Positions 27,601-32,000 of a DNA stretch of 32,000 nt are shown piece by piece. Location of the stretch: positions 2,490,001 through 2,522,000 of the forward strand of contig NC_006512.1 of assembly GCF_000008465.1 (NCBI RefSeq), in the 5' to 3' direction. The notes below the pieces were generated by a model. It did no database searches, was not told the DNA's origin, and saw nothing but the letters and a program-made list of their open reading frames with translations. Numbering within the stretch: the first letter of the stretch is position 1; each line of letters opens with the position of its first letter. The position numbers were made by a program, and so were the translations under genes. Source of the stretch: Idiomarina loihiensis L2TR (GTDB lineage: Bacteria > Pseudomonadota > Gammaproteobacteria > Enterobacterales > Alteromonadaceae).

Positions 27601-28104
27601 TTATTTAACCCGCTGCACTCGCATACGGCGATTCGAACCTTCACGGCCAAAGAAAAATGAATTTAATGCGCCGCGTTTAATATAATAGGTATCGTCTTCG
27701 TCCCAGGGAAAATAACCACCGCTGTCGGTCTGTTTCCAAATTTGGCCATTACTCAGTTCGATACGCCACTTGTCATAAGGTCCCTGCTCTTTCGCTGCGA
27801 CTTCAACCTCAATTCGGTCGAGCTGGCCTTCCTCTTTGTCTTTATGCTCCATACCAAAGGTTCGCTCTAAAGAAGAGTTACCACGGCGCTCAGCCTTTGA
27901 TTTTTGTTTTTCTGCCTGCACTTTTCCTCTGGCTTTTCCTTCTGCTTGCTTCACCTGTCCCTGAGACTGCTTAGCAATATTGTCATAACATACCAGTCGC
28001 TCCAGCGAGTCTTCAATCCCTGCACATTGCTGCAATGCCTCTTGTTGTGCATTAACACTGCCCGCCACCAACAATAAGCTTGCCCCTAGTAATGTTTTGT
28101 ACAT
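27601..28104 (-). CDS. secreted hypothetical protein with N-terminal C-x13-CYD motif
   Basis: 167 aa. Signal peptide MYKTLLGASLLLVAGSVNA|QQ. QQCAGIEDSLERLVCYDN, then a Lys/Glu-rich linker, then a beta-like C-terminal part (RIELSNGQIWKQTD...YYIKRGALNSFFF...MRVQRVK). AGGAA RBS 6 nt upstream. Confidence 0.7.
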   Translation of the reverse strand: MYKTLLGASLLLVAGSVNAQQEALQQCAGIEDSLERLVCYDNIAKQSQGQVKQAEGKARGKVQAEKQKSKAERRGNSSLERTFGMEHKDKEEGQLDRIEVEVAAKEQGPYDKWRIELSNGQIWKQTDSGGYFPWDEDDTYYIKRGALNSFFFGREGSNRRMRVQRVK

Positions 28105-28127
28105 ACATCATTCCTGTTTTGTTTTAT

Positions 28128-28631
28128 TTAATAACGTAACGTAAGAGTATCGCCTTTTTGCGTTAACTCAAATTCCTTCAAAGCACTCATGCCCAAAAGT
28201 ATGACATCCCCATCCATTCCGGGAGTGATAGACGCCGCGACATTCGTTAGCTGAATTTCACCCAGTTCTAATCTGTCAATTTCTGTTCTATAAGTTATAA
28301 CACGTCCGTTCGCGGTTTGAGACATACCTTGCCGGCCTTTTCGTAAACCCAGTTCTGCGGCCAGGTTTTCAGGAACAGCAACCAATGTTGCCCCAGTATC
28401 GAGTAAGAATGTCACAGATTGACCATTCACTTTACCCTGAGCCACATAGTGACCCATCCGGTTTTGCTCCAGCAAAACGGTGACTTGTCCGTTATCAACA
28501 TGGCTTTGCACCTGAGAGTTCGGGTTAAACTGTTGCTGCAACTGGTCTTCAAAAAACCAGACCAACATGACAAGGGCTAGCCCCCAGGCAATAAACATAA
28601 AAGGTTTGCCGAAAGAAGTCGTACGCGCCAA
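28128..28631 (-). CDS. membrane-anchored retropepsin-like (clan AA, TIGR02281-type) aspartic protease
   Basis: 167 aa. N-terminal TM helix (FMFIAWGLALVMLVWFF). Catalytic LLDTGATLVAVP (DTGA at 28389-28400). ILLGMSAL flap-like motif. TTG start with a strong AAGGAG 6 nt upstream that abuts the hemH stop. Confidence 0.8.
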   Translation of the reverse strand: MARTTSFGKPFMFIAWGLALVMLVWFFEDQLQQQFNPNSQVQSHVDNGQVTVLLEQNRMGHYVAQGKVNGQSVTFLLDTGATLVAVPENLAAELGLRKGRQGMSQTANGRVITYRTEIDRLELGEIQLTNVAASITPGMDGDVILLGMSALKEFELTQKGDTLTLRY

Positions 28632-28642
28632 GTTAATCTCCT

Positions 28643-29737
28643 TTAATCATCATAGGGCAAACTTTGCTTTTTTACCTGGTCAGCTCTTTGCTGTCGCTGT
28701 TCGGTTACGTCTTCAACTGACCAGCCTTGCAAATTATTTTCAATAAGCTGACTTAGCGCATCAATATGCCCGCTTTCGGCATTCAGAGCTGAAATGTACT
28801 CGTACCGCTCACCACCACTTTCCATAAAGTATTCACGGTTTTCTTCACCAATTTCTTCTACGGTTTCTAAGCAGTCAGAAGAAAAACCCGGACAAAAGAC
28901 CTGAACCGACTTTACTCCTTTACCTGGAAGCGCTTTCATCGTCATATCGGTATAGGGCTGCAACCACTCTTCGCGACCAAAACGTGACTGAAAAGTCGTC
29001 AGATACTCGTCTTTTCCAAGCCCTAATCGTTCTGCCAGTAAGCGCGATGTTTTGTAGCATTCGCAATGGTAAGGGTCACCATTTTTCAGGTAGCGCAGTG
29101 GAATCCCATGGTAGGAAAACAGCAACTTATCAGCCCGTCCATGAGCGTCCCAGTGTTTTTCAATGCGCTGAGCAGCGGCCTCTATAAAAGGTGAAAAATC
29201 GTGATAGTGAGTAATAAAACGAAGTTCAGGTAACCAGCGGCGTTTGGTAAAGTCTTTGGCCAGCGCATCAAAGGTTGAGGCCGTGGTCGATGCCGAGTAC
29301 TGCGGATACAAAGGCAACACCAGCAGTTTGCGAACGCCTTTTTGCATCATCTTCTCAACCACCTCGCTAAGAGCCGGGTTCCCGTAACGCATGGCAAAAT
29401 CCACAACAATGTTGTCACCCCAGGTTTGCTTCAGTTTTGCCTCAATGGCCGAAGCCTGGTCTTGCGTGTGAAATAACAAGGGAGAGCCACGATCAGTCCA
29501 GACAGTTTTATAAGCTTCAGCTGAACGTTTAGGCCGAAAACGCAAAATAACGCCGTTTAAAATCAAAAACCAAAGTAAGCGCGGAACTTCCACCACTCTA
29601 GGGTCGGATAAAAACTCTTTTAGATAGGGCTTGAGCGCTTTTTTTGTTGGAGCCTCTGGAGTTCCCAGATTAGTAACCAAGACACCAATTTTGTCCGCCT
29701 GCCCATGAGAAAAGCCCGGGCTTCCTTGATATTTCAT
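28643..29737 (-). CDS. hemH: ferrochelatase
   Basis: 364 aa. IGVLVTNLGTPEAPT, PLYPQYSASTT, the FSYHG(I)P region, and C-terminal CPGFSSDCLETVEEI are all typical of HemH. Confidence 0.95.
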   Translation of the reverse strand: MKYQGSPGFSHGQADKIGVLVTNLGTPEAPTKKALKPYLKEFLSDPRVVEVPRLLWFLILNGVILRFRPKRSAEAYKTVWTDRGSPLLFHTQDQASAIEAKLKQTWGDNIVVDFAMRYGNPALSEVVEKMMQKGVRKLLVLPLYPQYSASTTASTFDALAKDFTKRRWLPELRFITHYHDFSPFIEAAAQRIEKHWDAHGRADKLLFSYHGIPLRYLKNGDPYHCECYKTSRLLAERLGLGKDEYLTTFQSRFGREEWLQPYTDMTMKALPGKGVKSVQVFCPGFSSDCLETVEEIGEENREYFMESGGERYEYISALNAESGHIDALSQLIENNLQGWSVEDVTEQRQQRADQVKKQSLPYDD

Positions 29738-29871
29738 TTTGAGTTACCTTTTAACAACACGATGTAAGTGCAAATTTTACGTAAGTTTTAACGGCTTCGA
29801 TCCCTATTTGCAAAAAAATCACGCTACACTGGGCCGATGAATGCTATCGAAAATAATATGTTGACGCGCCA

Positions 29872-30456
29872 ATGACAGAAAACTCGAAGACGCAACAATG
29901 GTATCAGAAACTGGCCAGTTCCCCCCATGCGTTGATACTTCTATTTTTTCTGTCTGCCCTGGAGGCAACGATACTTCCCATAGCCTTAGAGTTGGTCTTA
30001 GTACCTTACATGGTACTAGAACGCAAACGCATATGGCTGGTTTCGACTGTCGCTTTAGCGGGTTTTTTGGCCGGGGCTATTGTCGGTTACTACATTGGCT
30101 TTGCCTTATTTGATACCGCTGGAGAATGGTTCATCAACTACCTGTCCATTCAGGATTACTATAAAGATTTCCAGGACACTCTGAGTGAAGACGGTTTTAT
30201 TGCTATTTTTCTGGTGGGCGTTACTCCCGTTCCTTTCCAGGTAGCCATGCTGGCCGCAGGTGCTGGTGATTATCCGCTTTGGCTGTTTATGCTAGCGGCT
30301 GGTGCCGCAAGAGCTTTACGTTATTATGTATTAGCGCTTATCGTTTTATGGTTAGGGCCTTATACTGAACGCTTATGGGGTAAATACGCAGGTCTCGTCG
30401 GTTGGTCCATTCTCATCGTCGCGGGAACTATGTTATTACTAATGCAGTTTTTGTAA
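29872..30456 (+). CDS. YqaA/DedA-related inner-membrane protein
   Basis: 194 aa, polytopic. LEATILPIALELVLVPY and GVTPVPFQVAMLAAGA resemble the YqaA branch of the DedA/SNARE-associated family. No clear RBS. Confidence 0.75.
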   Translation: MTENSKTQQWYQKLASSPHALILLFFLSALEATILPIALELVLVPYMVLERKRIWLVSTVALAGFLAGAIVGYYIGFALFDTAGEWFINYLSIQDYYKDFQDTLSEDGFIAIFLVGVTPVPFQVAMLAAGAGDYPLWLFMLAAGAARALRYYVLALIVLWLGPYTERLWGKYAGLVGWSILIVAGTMLLLMQFL

Positions 30457-30471
30457 GTATTTAAGGTACCA

Positions 30472-31518
30472 ATGTTCCTACTCATTGTTTTTGCTGTTAT
30501 TGCCATTGGCGTTTCATTTATTTGTTCGGTTTTAGAAGCCGCTATTTTGTCGGTTACGCCAAGCTATATAGCCCAGCTAAAAGAGTCCCGGCCTAAAACC
30601 CATCAACAGTTGCGCAAGCTAAAAGATTCTATTGATAAACCGCTGGCAGCTATTCTGACGCTTAATACCATAGCTCATACAGCAGGTGCCGCAGGGGTTG
30701 GAGCACAAGTTGGGGTCGTCTTTGGTGACGGTTATCTGGGAGTAGCTTCAGCAATTATGACGCTGCTTATTCTGGTACTATCGGAAATAATTCCGAAAAC
30801 CATAGGCGCTAAATTCTGGCGTGGGATAGCTCCAATTCTCCCTCCAGTACTGAATTTTTTAATTTTATCACTTAAGCCGTTTATCTGGCTTTCAGATCAA
30901 ATCACAAAACGCATTGGCAGCGGAGAAGCGGACATTGACGTTCGCTCCGAAATTAAGGCCATGGCGACTATTGGACACGAAGAAAAAGCGTTAGATGACG
31001 ACGAACGTCGGGTCATTCTGAACATTCTCGACTTACATGAAATTCGGGTACGTCAGGTCATGACTCCAAGAACAGTATGTGAATCCATTCGACCAGATTT
31101 AAGCATGCCGGAAGTCGGCGAAAGAATTAGAAAGCTGCCTTTTTCCCGATACCCGGTCATTGATACCGACGAGGAGCCACAAGGTATTGTTTTTCGTAGT
31201 GATATCCTTGATGCTGAGGAATCAGACTCGCTGAAAGACATTGTACGACCGGTTGAGATCGTCACAGAAACCGTCAGTGTCGAGGCTCTAATGAGCCACC
31301 TGCTTAAAGAACGTCAACATATGGCTTTAGTTTATGACGAACACGGCAGCTGGCTAGGACTCATTACTCTGGAAGATATTATCGAAACCATACTGGGCAC
31401 CCCCATTATGGATGAAACCGATAACATAGCGAGTTTACGACGTTACGCCCGTCAACGCTGGGACAAACGGCTCAAGCGCGACCCAAAGCAGGCGCAAAGC
31501 CAGCAAGGTAATGATTAA
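30472..31518 (+). CDS. CNNM (DUF21) + CBS-pair transporter-like protein (HlyC/CorC family, no obvious CorC_HlyC C-domain)
   Basis: 348 aa. N-terminal 4-TM DUF21 (EAAILSV...LNTIAHTAGAAGVG...SEIIPKTIG), then CBS-pair-like segments (VRQVMTPR..., ALVYDEHGSWLGLITLEDIIE). Confidence 0.85.
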   Translation: MFLLIVFAVIAIGVSFICSVLEAAILSVTPSYIAQLKESRPKTHQQLRKLKDSIDKPLAAILTLNTIAHTAGAAGVGAQVGVVFGDGYLGVASAIMTLLILVLSEIIPKTIGAKFWRGIAPILPPVLNFLILSLKPFIWLSDQITKRIGSGEADIDVRSEIKAMATIGHEEKALDDDERRVILNILDLHEIRVRQVMTPRTVCESIRPDLSMPEVGERIRKLPFSRYPVIDTDEEPQGIVFRSDILDAEESDSLKDIVRPVEIVTETVSVEALMSHLLKERQHMALVYDEHGSWLGLITLEDIIETILGTPIMDETDNIASLRRYARQRWDKRLKRDPKQAQSQQGND

Positions 31519-32000
31519 GCGAAAGAGTTGGTCAAAACGCTGGTCGGTAATTTTCTTCAGCCAGTGCAGACCAATCCATGTGCCGGCAAAACCCGCCGCT
31601 ATCATAGCCAAGACCAGCGGTAACCAGTCCTGAAAAACAAACCCAGCTATACCGAACACCAGCGCTTTAGGCGCGTGCTGCATGGTCATTACTGCGGAGA
31701 ACGTCGCGACGGTTTGCATTCGCTGGCTAAACCGGGCTTTTACAAAAGCGGCAACCAGTGGTCCTGAAGCACCAACAAAAAGAGAAATAAAGCCGGTAAC
31801 CAAACCGCCGCCGACCAGGCCGGCACGCCCGCGGAAACTCTGTGGCAATTTAGGCCCCCAGGTTAACCAGATTAAAAATAGTGCGATGGTAATTTGCAGA
31901 AAATGTGTCGGAAGCTGAACCAATAATAAACTGCCGATAAAAGTGCCTAACAAACCAAAGGGCACAAACCAGGCAACGGTTGGCCAATGGATGTGCTTCC
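31435..32000 (-). CDS. TauE/SafE-like (sulfite exporter family) permease, C-terminal ~188 codons (5' end beyond the right edge)
   Basis: The minus-strand frame is open to base 32000 (...KHIHWPTVAWF-VPFGLLGTFIGS...). Polytopic and Gly-rich (GGGLVTGFISLFVGASGP), typical of TauE/SafE. The track's GTG 31965 start is internal. Confidence 0.75.
   Translation of the reverse strand, partial: KHIHWPTVAWFVPFGLLGTFIGSLLLVQLPTHFLQITIALFLIWLTWGPKLPQSFRGRAGLVGGGLVTGFISLFVGASGPLVAAFVKARFSQRMQTVATFSAVMTMQHAPKALVFGIAGFVFQDWLPLVLAMIAAGFAGTWIGLHWLKKITDQRFDQLFRLIITLLALRLLWVALEPFVPALTGVTS

Noticed and set aside
27630-27639. GATTCGAACC (complement GGTTCGAATC), a tRNA T-loop-like decamer
   Set aside because: It lies inside the CDS 27601-28104. 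The flanking bases do not form a T-stem (GAAGG vs CGCCG), and no acceptor or anticodon arms can be drawn. It is a coincidence, not a tRNA.
27880-27960. Degenerate ~12-nt tandem-like DNA (CTTTTCCTCTGG / CTTTTCCTTCTG / CTTGCTTCACCTG) on the plus strand
   Set aside because: It is the antisense of the Lys/Ala/Glu/Gln-rich linker coding sequence in the 27601-28104 gene. This is low-complexity coding bias rather than a structural repeat.
1-32000. Search by eye for CRISPR repeats, IS inverted repeats, integrase, transposase, phage genes, toxin-antitoxin pairs and canonical defence-system domains (nuclease, helicase, ATPase, TIR, SIR2)
   Set aside because: None found. All long ORFs are accounted for by metabolic, envelope or signalling functions, or by orphans without such motifs. 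Intergenic regions are too short to host arrays or RNA genes. A computational repeat and HMM scan would still be needed to exclude degenerate elements.

Overview
This window looks like a tightly packed, core-chromosome segment of a marine-type gammaproteobacterium. The gene content resembles Alteromonadales, but the taxon cannot be proven from the sequence alone. I support about 27 coding regions. I saw no rRNA, tRNA, CRISPR array, transposase, integrase or phage gene, and every intergenic gap is under about 170 nt.

Gene order, left to right:
- trpS (5' end only), rpe, and a TAATG-coupled pair of small exported/membrane proteins.
- Oligopeptidase A, a DPP-IV-like S9 lipoprotein, and glutathione reductase.
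- An AT-rich patch (about 7.5-11.7 kb) holding an acidic 449-aa orphan, pirin, ynfA, a probably frameshifted secreted protein and an orphan lipoprotein.
- An M16 pitrilysin-like lipoprotein, an M1 aminopeptidase lipoprotein, gdhA, and an Oar-type TonB-dependent receptor.
- A membrane diguanylate cyclase overlapping yaiI, a 1-Cys peroxiredoxin, an MCP, and a GAF-PAS-GGDEF-EAL protein.
- A four-gene co-directional cluster ending that stretch: hemH, a membrane retropepsin-like protease, a secreted Cys-motif protein, then the GGDEF-EAL gene.
- yqaA/DedA-like, a CNNM/CBS transporter, and a TauE-like permease that runs off the right edge.

I found no clear-cut novel multi-gene system such as a defence, toxin or mobile element module. 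The items most worth a second look are:
- the hemH-to-GGDEF/EAL cluster;
- the dispersed peptide-scavenging neighbourhood around the Oar-type receptor;
- an exact EF-hand loop inside that receptor;
- the AT-rich orphan with degenerate internal repeats;
- a +1 frameshift splitting a secreted protein.

All family calls come from motif recognition by eye. No searches were run.
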